From NCBI RefSeq assembly GCF_032334135.1, contig NZ_JAVXUS010000005.1, forward strand, positions 158,618-190,617: a stretch of DNA of 32,000 bases, in the 5' to 3' direction. Under the pieces are notes generated by a model. The model had not been told where the DNA came from, did not search any database, and saw nothing but the letters and a program-made list of their open reading frames with translations. Shown here one piece after another: positions 8,910 through 17,256 of the stretch. Positions within the stretch are counted from its first letter, which is position 1, and the number at the start of each line of letters is the position of its first letter. This DNA is from Halomonas sp. I1. GTDB lineage: Bacteria > Pseudomonadota > Gammaproteobacteria > Pseudomonadales > Halomonadaceae. A program made the position numbers and the translations under genes.

Positions 8910-9020
8910 AGGACGCCGTCGGTGTTGACACCATGCCCTTTTGCGTCAGCCTGTGTTCGAACCTTTGGCCAGCTTGAGGTCCAAGGGGCGTCATATCACC
9001 ATTAATCAGGATGAACTGCC

Positions 9021-9794
9021 ATGAAACGGATGTTTCTTTTTTTCTATTTCCTGTTGGCCGCCGTGTTTCTGGTCGGGTGCGCGGCGGTGGAGCGGTCGGG
9101 AGCCGAGAAAGCCGAGGCGGCGTTTGGTGAATTGCCGGCCAGTTTCCGCGGGGAGCTGCCTTGTGCCGACTGTGCCGGCATTCGCTACCATCTGTCGCTG
9201 TTTGCGGATGGCGTCTACACCCTGGAAACGGTCTACCTGGGCAATGGCGAGGAAGGTCGCTTCCACGAGAGAGGCGAATGGTCGCTGGATGGTGCAGGCA
9301 AGACCCTGACGCTGACGGACGATGAAGGGGCTCGCTTGTGGCGGGTGCGTGATGCGTCCACCCTGGAAGCGCTCGACCTGGAAGGCCATGAGATCGAATC
9401 GTCCTTGAACTATACCCTGAAGCGCACCGAGAGCTTCGTCACCGAGACACTGGAGAACAGCTATTGGCGGCTCATCGAGCTGAAGGGCGAGCCTGTCCAG
9501 GTAGTGCAAGGACAACGCGAGGCGCATCTGGTACTGCATGGCGAGAATAGCCGGGTTGCCGGAGCCACGGGGTGCAATCGGCTATCGGGCAGCTATCGAC
9601 TGGAAGACGATCGGCTGAGTTTCGGCCCTCTGGCGACCACGCGGATGGCCTGCATGAACGAGGCCAATGTGGAGTCGCGCTTCCTGGCGGCGCTGGAAGA
9701 AACGGCCTCCTACCGCGTGCTGGCCGACCGACTGGAACTCTACGATGACGAGGGTGAGCTGCTGGCGCGGTTCGTGGTACAGCATCTGACCTGA
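9021..9794 (+). CDS. Lipoprotein with NlpE_N-like domain plus META (HslJ-like) domain
   Basis: Signal peptide with lipobox FLVGC. The block GELPCADCAGIRYHLSLFADGVYTLETVY is NlpE N-domain-like with CxxC. The C-terminal block WRLIELKGEPV...GATGCNRLSGSYRLEDDRLSFGPLATTRMAC is META-like. Confidence 0.75.
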   Translation: MKRMFLFFYFLLAAVFLVGCAAVERSGAEKAEAAFGELPASFRGELPCADCAGIRYHLSLFADGVYTLETVYLGNGEEGRFHERGEWSLDGAGKTLTLTDDEGARLWRVRDASTLEALDLEGHEIESSLNYTLKRTESFVTETLENSYWRLIELKGEPVQVVQGQREAHLVLHGENSRVAGATGCNRLSGSYRLEDDRLSFGPLATTRMACMNEANVESRFLAALEETASYRVLADRLELYDDEGELLARFVVQHLT

Positions 9795-9806
9795 ACGCTA
9801 CGCGTT

Positions 9807-9846
9807 GTCTGAAAACTGGCCGTGCTCGCCCATCTCGTTTTCAGAC
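9807..9846. repeat. Perfect 10-bp inverted repeat with a 20-nt spacer in a convergent intergenic region
   Basis: GTCTGAAAAC (9807-9816) and GTTTTCAGAC (9837-9846) are exact reverse complements. Confidence 0.6.
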
Positions 9847-9871
9847 AAGACTTACTTGTCGATTTCCCCCC

Positions 9872-9900
9872 GGCCGGCCCAGGTGGCCGGCCATCTTGTG
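9872..9900 (+). terminator. GC hairpin terminator candidate after the META lipoprotein gene
   Basis: GGCCGGCC (9872-9879) and GGCCGGCC (9885-9892) are self-complementary around loop CAGGT. ATCTTGTG follows. Confidence 0.4.
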
Positions 9901-9943
9901 TCGGCCGCCCGGGACCCAGGCGTAGACACGGTGCGGACAATAT

Positions 9944-10663
9944 CTACGGCAATTCGCCGCCATGATACACATTCTGCACATCCTCCAGATCGTTGAGCAT
10001 GTCGAGCAGCTTCTCGAACAGGGCGACGTCATCGCCTTCCACCGGCGTGGTGGTCTGGGGCACGAACTGGATCTCGTCGACCTCGAACTCGAGCTCGCCG
10101 AAGGCGTCGAGCAATGACTGCTTGGCTTTGGCATATTCGGTGTGGGGCGCGAAGACAGTGATGCGTCCGTCTTCGTTCTCGATGTCGGTGACATCGACAT
10201 CGGCCTCCATCAGCGCTTCGAGGGTGCCTTCCTCATCGTCGCCGTCGAAGGCGAGAATCGCGCAGTGGTCGAACATGTGGCTGACGCTGCCGGGGGTGCC
10301 GATCTTGCCCTTGCACTTGGTGAAGCAGGTGCGAACATCGCCGATGGTACGGTTGGGGTTATCGGTCAGACACTCGACGATGACCATGACGTTGCCCGGG
10401 CCGAACCCTTCGTAGCGTGCTGGCGAATAGTCTTCGCCCCCCACGCCATTGGCCTTGTCCAGTGCCTTGTCGATGACGTGAGCGGGGACCTGAGCTTTCT
10501 TGGCGCGTTCGATCAGGCCGCGCAGCGCCAGGTTGGCGTGAGGGTCGCTTCCCCCCTGCTTGGCGCAGACATAGAGCTCGCGTCCGAACTTGCTGTATAC
10601 CTTGGTTTTCGCGTCGGCCGTCTTGGCCATGGATTCCTTGCGGTTCTGGAAAGCCCTGCCCAT
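9944..10663 (-). CDS. YebC/PmpR-family DNA-binding regulator (YeeN-like paralogue type)
   Basis: The product [71 protein letters not shown]...[24 protein letters not shown] is collinear with the YebC/YeeN family. Confidence 0.85.
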   Translation of the reverse strand: MGRAFQNRKESMAKTADAKTKVYSKFGRELYVCAKQGGSDPHANLALRGLIERAKKAQVPAHVIDKALDKANGVGGEDYSPARYEGFGPGNVMVIVECLTDNPNRTIGDVRTCFTKCKGKIGTPGSVSHMFDHCAILAFDGDDEEGTLEALMEADVDVTDIENEDGRITVFAPHTEYAKAKQSLLDAFGELEFEVDEIQFVPQTTTPVEGDDVALFEKLLDMLNDLEDVQNVYHGGELP

Positions 10664-10818
10664 TGCGTTGTCCTGTTGCCTGGATTCTCGTGCGGGATTC
10701 TACGAAACCGCAGGAAATGGGAACAGTCTTATTTCGGCTTCCTGCAACGACCGCCTACACTGGGAAAGCTCGTGTGCCTCTCGGCATGCGGGGCCAGCCC
10801 AGTTGCCAGGAGCCCGCC

Positions 10819-12006
10819 ATGGACTATCAGGCCTACCGTCATGCCCTCGCCGCGACCCAGAAAGGGAGCGAGTTGCCATTCGCCCCGGAGGAGTTCGAGA
10901 CTCGCCGCCGCGAGGTACGTCGGCGAATGCGCGAGACGGGATTCGATGCCCTGCTGCTCACTGATCCGGCCGATCTGTACTACCTGACCGGCTATCACAC
11001 TTTCGAAGTTTCGGTACATGCCTGCCTGGTGGTGACCGAGCATCGCCTGGTGCTGCAGGTGCCATCGATCGAGACCGGGCCGGCGGTGGTTACCGCCATG
11101 GTCGATGAGATTCTCGGCTACCGTTGGGAGAGCATCGAGGAGGTCATCGAACCGCTGACCGAGACGCTGGCGCCGCATGCCGTCATCGGGCTGGATGCCT
11201 TCAACGCGGGACTGCGTTTTGGCGTGATCGGCGAGCTTCAGGCCAGGCTGGGAAGGGCGCGCTTCCGCCATGATGGCGGTGAGCTGCTCGATCGGGTACG
11301 GATCGTCAAGAGTGCGGCGGAACTCGAGTATCTGCAGGAAAGCGCCCGTATCACTTCCCTGGGACTGCGAGCGGCGGAGGCGATCATCGCGCCCGGCATG
11401 ACCGATAACCAGGTGGCAGCCGAGGGTGCCAGGGCCATGCTGGCGGCGGGAAGCGAGTTCATGAGCCTGCAGCCCATCGTCACCAGCGGGCGACGCATCG
11501 GGACCATCCACGTCAATCACAAACGCCAGATGATCGGGCCGGACGAGCCGGTGTTCCTGGAATTCGGGGCGGCCTTCCAGCGTTATACTGCGCCGATGAT
11601 GCGGACTGCGGTGGCGGGAGAACCAAGCCGCGAGATGCGTGAACTCGGCGAGCTATGCCGGACGCTTGGCGATACTCTGTGCACGACCATGCGGCCAGGC
11701 AATACGTTCGATGAGGCGGCACGTGCCGCCGAAGCGGTGCTGACGCCACATGCCGAGCGGGTGTTCTTTTCCGGGGTCTTCGGTTATGCCGTGGGCGCTC
11801 AGTTTCCGCCGAGCTGGGTCGAGGGAACGGGGTTCATTGCGCGGGGACAGGATCGCATGTTCGAGCGCGACATGGTCTTTCACCTCCCGCTGTGCCTGCG
11901 CCTGCCGGGGGAGTGGGGTATCGGGCTGAGCGATACCGTCAGAGTCACGCCCGAGGGTGGTGTGGCCTTGACCGATAATGATTGGACGATCGCCATGTCC
12001 TCCTGA
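10819..12006 (+). CDS. M24-fold (creatinase / Xaa-Pro peptidase / ectoine-hydrolase-like) hydrolase
   Basis: The ATG at 10819 is preceded by AGGAG. The creatinase-type N-domain (FDALLLTDPADLYYLTGYH) and the pita-bread C-domain (AELEYLQESARITSLG...MTDNQVAAEG...) are present. Expected metal-ligand positions look substituted (see findings). The track ORF start at 10663 is an extension. Confidence 0.75.
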   Translation: MDYQAYRHALAATQKGSELPFAPEEFETRRREVRRRMRETGFDALLLTDPADLYYLTGYHTFEVSVHACLVVTEHRLVLQVPSIETGPAVVTAMVDEILGYRWESIEEVIEPLTETLAPHAVIGLDAFNAGLRFGVIGELQARLGRARFRHDGGELLDRVRIVKSAAELEYLQESARITSLGLRAAEAIIAPGMTDNQVAAEGARAMLAAGSEFMSLQPIVTSGRRIGTIHVNHKRQMIGPDEPVFLEFGAAFQRYTAPMMRTAVAGEPSREMRELGELCRTLGDTLCTTMRPGNTFDEAARAAEAVLTPHAERVFFSGVFGYAVGAQFPPSWVEGTGFIARGQDRMFERDMVFHLPLCLRLPGEWGIGLSDTVRVTPEGGVALTDNDWTIAMSS

Positions 12007-12125
12007 GCGGACCAATGGCGACGTTTCTGGCGCGACCTCGGATCAGACTCTTGACCTCAAGTTAGGTTAAGGAATTATCTTGCAGGCTCGCATTGCCCGT
12101 CCTGTCTTCTTTCGAGAGCGTCGCT

Positions 12126-14024
12126 ATGTTCCGTTATTTCGAGAATCTGGTGAATCCCTACCCCGAGGGTGAACCTCGGGTACCCCCGCGAGGGCTACTG
12201 CCTTTCATCGTGCATTTTTCCCGGCCGGTGGCTGGCCTGTTGTTGGCCATGTCGCTGGCTACCGCCCTGGTATCGGCCGCCGAGGTGGTGTTCTTCCACA
12301 CTATGGGAGAACTGGTCGACTGGCTGTCCAGTGCCGAGCGTGATGGCTTCCTCGCCGAGCACGGCTGGCGCCTGGCCGGAATGGGGCTGCTGGTCGTCGT
12401 GGGGCTGCCCTTGCTGGTGCTGTTGCAGTCGTTGCTGACCCACCAGGGCATCTTCGGCAATTATCCGATGCTCGGTCGCTGGCTTTCGCACCGCCATATG
12501 CTGCGCCAGAGCATGGCATTCTTTCAGGACGAGTTTGCCGGTCGCGTGTCGCAGAAGGTCATGCAGACGGCATTGGCGATCCGCGAAACGGTCATGAAGC
12601 TGATGGACCTGCTGGTCTATGTGGCCGTCTATTTTACCGGGGCCATGCTGCTGCTGGGGAGTGCCGAGCCCTGGCTCATGGCTCCTCTGGTGGTGTGGCT
12701 GGCGGGGTACGTCGCCATCATGTGGTTCTTCGTGCCTCGGTTGCGTGATGTGTCCATGGCCCAGGCCGATGCCCGGGCGCGCATGACAGGCCGGGTGGTG
12801 GACAGCTACAGCAATATCCAGACCATCAAGCTGTTCGCCGATACCTGCCGTGAGCAGGCCTATGCGCGTGATGCCATGGAGGGGTTCATGGGCACCGTGC
12901 ACCGTCAGATGCGCCTGGCCACTCGGCTGTCGGTGAGCCTGACGCTGCTCAACTCACTGTTGCTCGTCGGCATCGCTGCGATGGCGGTGGGTGCCTGGTA
13001 TCTGGAGGCGGTGTCACTGGGCGTGATCGCGGTGGCGATCGGGTTGGTGATGCGTATTCGCTTCATGTCCGACTGGATTCTGTGGGAAGTGGCCAGCCTG
13101 TTCGAGAACATCGGGACCGTGCAGGACGGCATCAATACCATCGCGCGGACACCGGCGGTACTGGATTCGCCGGATGCCGGTGAGCTCGATGTGCCCCGGG
13201 GGGAGATTCGTTTCGAGGCGCTACGGTTCGGTTATGAGCTGCCCGATGGCGAGGCGCGCCGCGTCTTCGACGGCCTGGACCTGACCATCGCGCCGGGCGA
13301 AAAGGTCGGTATCATCGGTCGCTCCGGCGCCGGCAAGTCGACGCTGGCCAATCTGTTGCTGCGTTTCTACGACCTGGAGAGCGGGGCGATCTGCATCGAT
13401 GGCCAGGACATTGCCGACGTGACCCAGGAGTCGTTGCGTCGCCGCATCGGCATGGTGACCCAGGATACTTCGCTGTTGCACCGTTCGGTGCGTGACAATA
13501 TTCGTTACGGTAGCCCGGAGGCCAGCGAGGAGGCGATCGAGCGTGCGGTGCGCCAGGCTCATGCCGACAGTTTCCTCGATGACCTGATCGACCCCCAGGG
13601 GCGCCGGGGACTGGATGCCCATGTCGGTGAGCGTGGCGTAAAACTGTCGGGCGGACAGCGACAGCGCATCGCGATCGCTCGGGTCTTGCTCAAGAATGCT
13701 CCGATCCTGGTACTCGACGAGGCGACTTCAGCGTTGGACTCTGAGGTCGAGACGGCCATTCAGGAGCAGCTCTATGCGTTGATGGAAGGCAAGACAGTCA
13801 TTGCGATCGCACATCGCCTGTCGACCATTGCCATGCTCGATCGCCTGGTGGTGATCGATGAAGGACGTATCGTCGAGATGGGTAGCCACGAGCAACTGCT
13901 GGCGCGGAATGGGCTCTATGCCGCGTTGTGGCAACGGCAGTCGGGTGGTTTCCTGGGACTCGATGCCGCCTCGAGGGCCGCCGAGCGGGATGATCGTCAG
14001 CCCATGGAGACGGCGACGCCATGA
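12126..14024 (+). CDS. ABC exporter, fused permease/ATPase (MsbA-like type I exporter)
   Basis: The start is at MFRYFENLVNPYP. Six hydrophobic segments precede the NBD with Walker A GRSGAGKST, signature LSGGQRQRIAIARVLL, Walker B ILVLDEATSALD and H-loop IAHRLST. Confidence 0.9.
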   Translation: MFRYFENLVNPYPEGEPRVPPRGLLPFIVHFSRPVAGLLLAMSLATALVSAAEVVFFHTMGELVDWLSSAERDGFLAEHGWRLAGMGLLVVVGLPLLVLLQSLLTHQGIFGNYPMLGRWLSHRHMLRQSMAFFQDEFAGRVSQKVMQTALAIRETVMKLMDLLVYVAVYFTGAMLLLGSAEPWLMAPLVVWLAGYVAIMWFFVPRLRDVSMAQADARARMTGRVVDSYSNIQTIKLFADTCREQAYARDAMEGFMGTVHRQMRLATRLSVSLTLLNSLLLVGIAAMAVGAWYLEAVSLGVIAVAIGLVMRIRFMSDWILWEVASLFENIGTVQDGINTIARTPAVLDSPDAGELDVPRGEIRFEALRFGYELPDGEARRVFDGLDLTIAPGEKVGIIGRSGAGKSTLANLLLRFYDLESGAICIDGQDIADVTQESLRRRIGMVTQDTSLLHRSVRDNIRYGSPEASEEAIERAVRQAHADSFLDDLIDPQGRRGLDAHVGERGVKLSGGQRQRIAIARVLLKNAPILVLDEATSALDSEVETAIQEQLYALMEGKTVIAIAHRLSTIAMLDRLVVIDEGRIVEMGSHEQLLARNGLYAALWQRQSGGFLGLDAASRAAERDDRQPMETATP

Positions 14025-14173
14025 TACGCGAGTCAAGTCACTCGAGTGCTGTTACCGATAAACCCCAGTATGGCTTCAGTCCGGCGGTGGCCATGCGTGG
14101 TCTGGCCGAGCCCGAGTGGTTGATCGAGCTCGTGGCCGAGGCCGTGCTGGAGGAAAACGACATGTTGCCGTGA
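14021..14173 (+). CDS. Candidate 50-codon ORF translationally coupled (ATGA) to the ABC exporter gene
   Basis: It is not in the ORF track (under 60 aa). The ATG at 14021 overlaps the exporter TGA (14022-14024). The product is MIRESSHSSAVTDKPQYGFSPAVAMRGLAEPEWLIELVAEAVLEENDMLP. The last ~30 codons are almost all G/C-ending, like real genes here. Confidence 0.3.
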   Translation: MIRESSHSSAVTDKPQYGFSPAVAMRGLAEPEWLIELVAEAVLEENDMLP

Positions 14174-14278
14174 TCGGCCAATGGGCATTGCGAGTAGTAC
14201 GGTTATGCCATCCATGCTGGGTCTCTGTTCGTTTGGAGGCCTTTTTGTATTCAGACCTCACCGATACCGGGAGCCATC

Positions 14279-14563
14279 ATGTTTCAGCATCCCAGCAATC
14301 GTCTTGACGATCCCTTGACGCTCAAGATTGGCCACGAAGAGCTGGTGATCCGTCGGCGCTACGAGACCCTCAGCATCGCCAATGATTTCCTTATCGCCAT
14401 CTGGTTTCTGGTTGGCAGTGTGCTCTTTCTCTATCCAAGCCAGGAAACCCTGGCGGTCTGGATGTTTATTATCGGCAGTTTCCAGTTTTTGGTGCGCCCG
14501 GCGATTCGCCTCGCCAGCCATATACACCTTCAGCGGATTCCTGATAGCGAATGGCAGAAATGA
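14279..14563 (+). CDS. Small two-TM membrane protein, YrhK-like
   Basis: The 94-aa product contains RRRYETLSIANDFLIAIWFLVGSVLFLYPSQETLAVWMFIIGSFQFLVRPAIRLASHIH. Two TM segments and the GS..F / RP.IRL pattern resemble the YrhK family as I recall it. Confidence 0.55.
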   Translation: MFQHPSNRLDDPLTLKIGHEELVIRRRYETLSIANDFLIAIWFLVGSVLFLYPSQETLAVWMFIIGSFQFLVRPAIRLASHIHLQRIPDSEWQK

Positions 14564-14689
14564 GAGATCAATGATGGGGCGATATGATGAGCACTGTTGT
14601 CGAGCTTTCTTTGCGGATATGCCAAAGGGGCCGTGCTTATGAAGAGTAGGCTAAGTGATCGCCGTTTTTATTCTGAGAGATAGACCTTG

Positions 14690-15000
14690 TTTTTGTAGGA
14701 AATATCCTCATTGATGTGGGGGGTACGACGTCTTTGCTTTTAGGTCTGGATGATGAGGTGCTTCCTGTAAGGTTTTTCCGTTGGTGATCGTTGTGTTTGT
14801 CAATGATAATCAGGGGGTGGTGGTGTCCATTATGTGGATAGTGTAATGAAATGTTTGTAGAGTGTCTTGGTTGGTCCGAAAATATTTCGGCAGGATTGAT
14901 GTGATGGTATGAGGTTTTGTGAACTATTGTGAAACAGTGTTGCTGTTTAGTGGTTGTTTAATAGATAATTCTTCTGTATTAAGATCGCGACCTAAATCAT
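14690..15000 (+). promoter_or_regulatory. C-depleted G/T-rich non-coding leader upstream of pgaA
   Basis: My manual count for 14701-15000 is T 115, G 87, A 65, C 33 of 300. No credible ORF is present. Confidence 0.5.
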
Positions 15001-15005
15001 CTTCG

Positions 15006-15030
15006 AATCCGTCATGGAAGACGGATTTTT
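15006..15030 (+). terminator. Hairpin plus T-run in the pgaA leader (attenuator, sRNA 3' end or CsrA-type site)
   Basis: AATCCGTC (15006-15013) pairs with GACGGATT (15020-15027) around loop ATGGAA. The T run spans 15026-15030 and then GG follows. Confidence 0.4.
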
Positions 15031-15204
15031 GGTGATTGTCACACCGTCCTGACGAGCCGTTGCATGAACAGATGGCGTTGTATCCAGTAGAGGAATTTTT
15101 CTTCGTATTGGTCTCGCCTTATAGCAGCAAGGAATTCTCGTTAATGGGCCTTTATTGGCATAACCATTGACGTGGGGCTCCATCGGACAGGCCAGTCGAA
15201 ATAC

Positions 15205-17256
15205 ATGTATATCACTGTACAGAGAAAAGGTAGCCTTGGCCGCCGTTGTCGGTTCGTTGGCTTAGTGTGTGGACTTTCATTTTGTACTATCGGTGCCGAA
15301 GCAGCCGATGACCAGCGTCTGGAAAAACTGCTCGAGGAAGCCACCGCTGAGCGCCATGAGCGTCAATGGCGCTCGGCATTGGCGCTCTATGAACGCGTGC
15401 TTAGGCTGGACCCAGATCATGATACGGCGTATCGCGAGCGTACTATCACCCTGTCATTGCAGGGTAGTGCCGGTCTAGCCTGGCATTATTATCAGCAACG
15501 CCCGGAGCTTTTCAATGCCGATGAGGCGAGTGGCTTCGAGCAGGACTATATCGCGCGACTCGCCGTATGGGGTAAGTTGCCGAGCAAGCCTTCCAACGAT
15601 GACATGACCCGCGCCTTGGAGGCTCAAGAGGCGTTTCTGACTCACCGGGACGGTGAAGTGCCGGTGCGTCAACGTTTCGATCACCTTTACATTCTCCACG
15701 GTTTACGCCGCCACGAGAAGGTTGTCGATGGCTATCGGAAACTGACGGAGGATGACATCGATATCCCACCTTATGTCTTGCGCATTGCCGGCGACTCCTT
15801 GTTGGCCATGCGGGAGCCTGAAAGTGCCGTTGAGGTGATGGAACGGGTCGTCGATGCCGACGTGGCGACCGCCGATGACCATGTCCTCCTGGCCTATGCC
15901 TATCTGGAATCCGGGCGTTGGCAAGAAGCGCTTCGGCATCTCGAACTCGAAGCCGAAGAGGAACGTGCCTGGTTGTGGGAGAGGAAGGCCCGACAGCCGC
16001 ATTCCAACTGGAATCGCTATTTCCTGGATTCGACTCTGGCGATGATCCGCAGTTATACGGGCGATCAACCGGAGGCCCAGGAGCGCCTGGAGACAATGGC
16101 GGGCATCGGGCCTCGCAATGCGGGGGTGCAGGCCAATCTAGGTAACCTCTATCTCCAGCGTGGCTGGGAGGACCAGGCGTTGACGCGCTTTCAGATTGCG
16201 ACCCGCCTCGATCCGAGCTTGCCGGATGGCTGGGTTGGTCAGGTCGATGCCCTTGCGGAGAAGCAGCGGGTGGGCGAGGCTCGCCAGGCGATGCAGCAAG
16301 CGATACGCCTGGCAGCCGGCTCGCCGCGGGTAGAACAGATGCGGCGAGACTGGCGGACCCGTACCGGCTGGCGTGTCAACGTCTCGACCGTGGCGGGACA
16401 CAGTGACGCGCCGAGCGGCGCGAACTCACCAACGGGCTCCGATGAGCAACGCCACCATCTTGCAGCATGGTCGCCCTTGCTGGGAGATCGCTGGCGGCTT
16501 GGCCTCCTGGGAAGCGAGCAGGCCATCGACTTCCACGGTGAACGCGTGCATGACACTCGCGGTGGGTTGGGCCTGCGTTATGCCCGGGATCGGCTATCGC
16601 TCGAGTCTCGTCTCGAGCGCAGCGACGATGCCTTTTCCCGCGATACGGCCTTCATGTTCGAACTGGACTGGCGCATCAACGAGACTCTGGACACCAGGGT
16701 GCGTTATGCCACGCACAGCCGCGAGGGCTCCCTGCAGGCACATGCTTCGGGCATTACTGCCGACCAGGCCCAGGTCGGCATCGACTGGTCGCCGAATGAG
16801 CGTCGTACCTACCAGGCTTCCGTTACGCAGATGGACTACTCGGACGGCAACCGTCAGGAAAGTCTATCGCTGAGTGGGTGGCATCGCTTGATGGATACCC
16901 CCGATGAGGCTCTCGGCCTGAGCCTCGAGCTCCACGCGGACCAGGCCAGTGATCCCGACACTGCTTATTTCAGTCCCGAGACCAGCGCTTCCTGGGAGCT
17001 CGGTGCGCTCTGGGAAGCGCGCACCTGGCACCGCTATGAACAGCACTTCATCCAGGATTTCGGCGTTAGTGTCGGTCAATCCTGGCAGCAGGAATACGGC
17101 GCGGACTGGGTTCCGACGCTGAGCTACCGACATCGATGGGGGATCGGAAACGGCCGGGATCTCCAGTATGGCGTGTCCTGGTCACGCCCCGTCTACGACG
17201 GTACACGTGAGACCCATCTTAGCTTCGATATTGGCATCACCTGGGGAGAACAATGA
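15205..17256 (+). CDS. pgaA: PNAG export porin PgaA (TPR domain plus beta-barrel)
   Basis: Signal peptide MYITVQRKGSLGRRCRFVGLVCGLSFCTIGAEA/ADD. TPR-like repeats are present (ALALYERVLRLDPDHDTAY, GNLYLQRGWEDQALTRFQIATRLDP). The C-terminal half is beta-strand-rich. It is the first gene of a pgaABCD-ordered cluster. The start is uncertain (GTG 15172, ATG 15205 or a downstream TTG). Confidence 0.85.
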   Translation: MYITVQRKGSLGRRCRFVGLVCGLSFCTIGAEAADDQRLEKLLEEATAERHERQWRSALALYERVLRLDPDHDTAYRERTITLSLQGSAGLAWHYYQQRPELFNADEASGFEQDYIARLAVWGKLPSKPSNDDMTRALEAQEAFLTHRDGEVPVRQRFDHLYILHGLRRHEKVVDGYRKLTEDDIDIPPYVLRIAGDSLLAMREPESAVEVMERVVDADVATADDHVLLAYAYLESGRWQEALRHLELEAEEERAWLWERKARQPHSNWNRYFLDSTLAMIRSYTGDQPEAQERLETMAGIGPRNAGVQANLGNLYLQRGWEDQALTRFQIATRLDPSLPDGWVGQVDALAEKQRVGEARQAMQQAIRLAAGSPRVEQMRRDWRTRTGWRVNVSTVAGHSDAPSGANSPTGSDEQRHHLAAWSPLLGDRWRLGLLGSEQAIDFHGERVHDTRGGLGLRYARDRLSLESRLERSDDAFSRDTAFMFELDWRINETLDTRVRYATHSREGSLQAHASGITADQAQVGIDWSPNERRTYQASVTQMDYSDGNRQESLSLSGWHRLMDTPDEALGLSLELHADQASDPDTAYFSPETSASWELGALWEARTWHRYEQHFIQDFGVSVGQSWQQEYGADWVPTLSYRHRWGIGNGRDLQYGVSWSRPVYDGTRETHLSFDIGITWGEQ

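Noticed and set aside
10142-11520. ORFs 10142..10987 (+) and 10729..11520 (-) overlapping the YebC-family and M24 genes
   Set aside because: They are antisense or off-frame artefacts. The annotated frames carry the family signatures.
12195-12902. 235-aa minus-strand ORF inside the ABC exporter gene, and 19372..20262 (-) inside pgaC
   Set aside because: They are antisense to genes with unambiguous Walker/signature motifs or GT2 motifs.
14033-14261. Minus-strand ORFs 14033..14215 and 14076..14261 between the ABC exporter and yrhK
   Set aside because: They are short, lack an SD and match no family. The plus-strand 50-codon frame has the better codon bias.
14917-14933. TTGTGAA heptamer repeated 10 bp apart in the pgaA leader and present again at 27102-27108 in the adhesin leader (possible shared operator or CRP half-site)
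   Set aside because: Shared 7-mers between two ~500-bp tracts of similar skewed composition are expected by chance. No palindromic TGTGA-N6-TCACA partner is present.
14650-15030. Idea that the pgaA leader encodes a CsrB/RsmZ-like CsrA-sponge sRNA
   Set aside because: I count only about 8 GGA motifs in ~350 nt, close to the ~6 expected from the local base composition. CsrB-type RNAs are much denser in GGA. The idea is kept only as a minor alternative under the hairpin finding.
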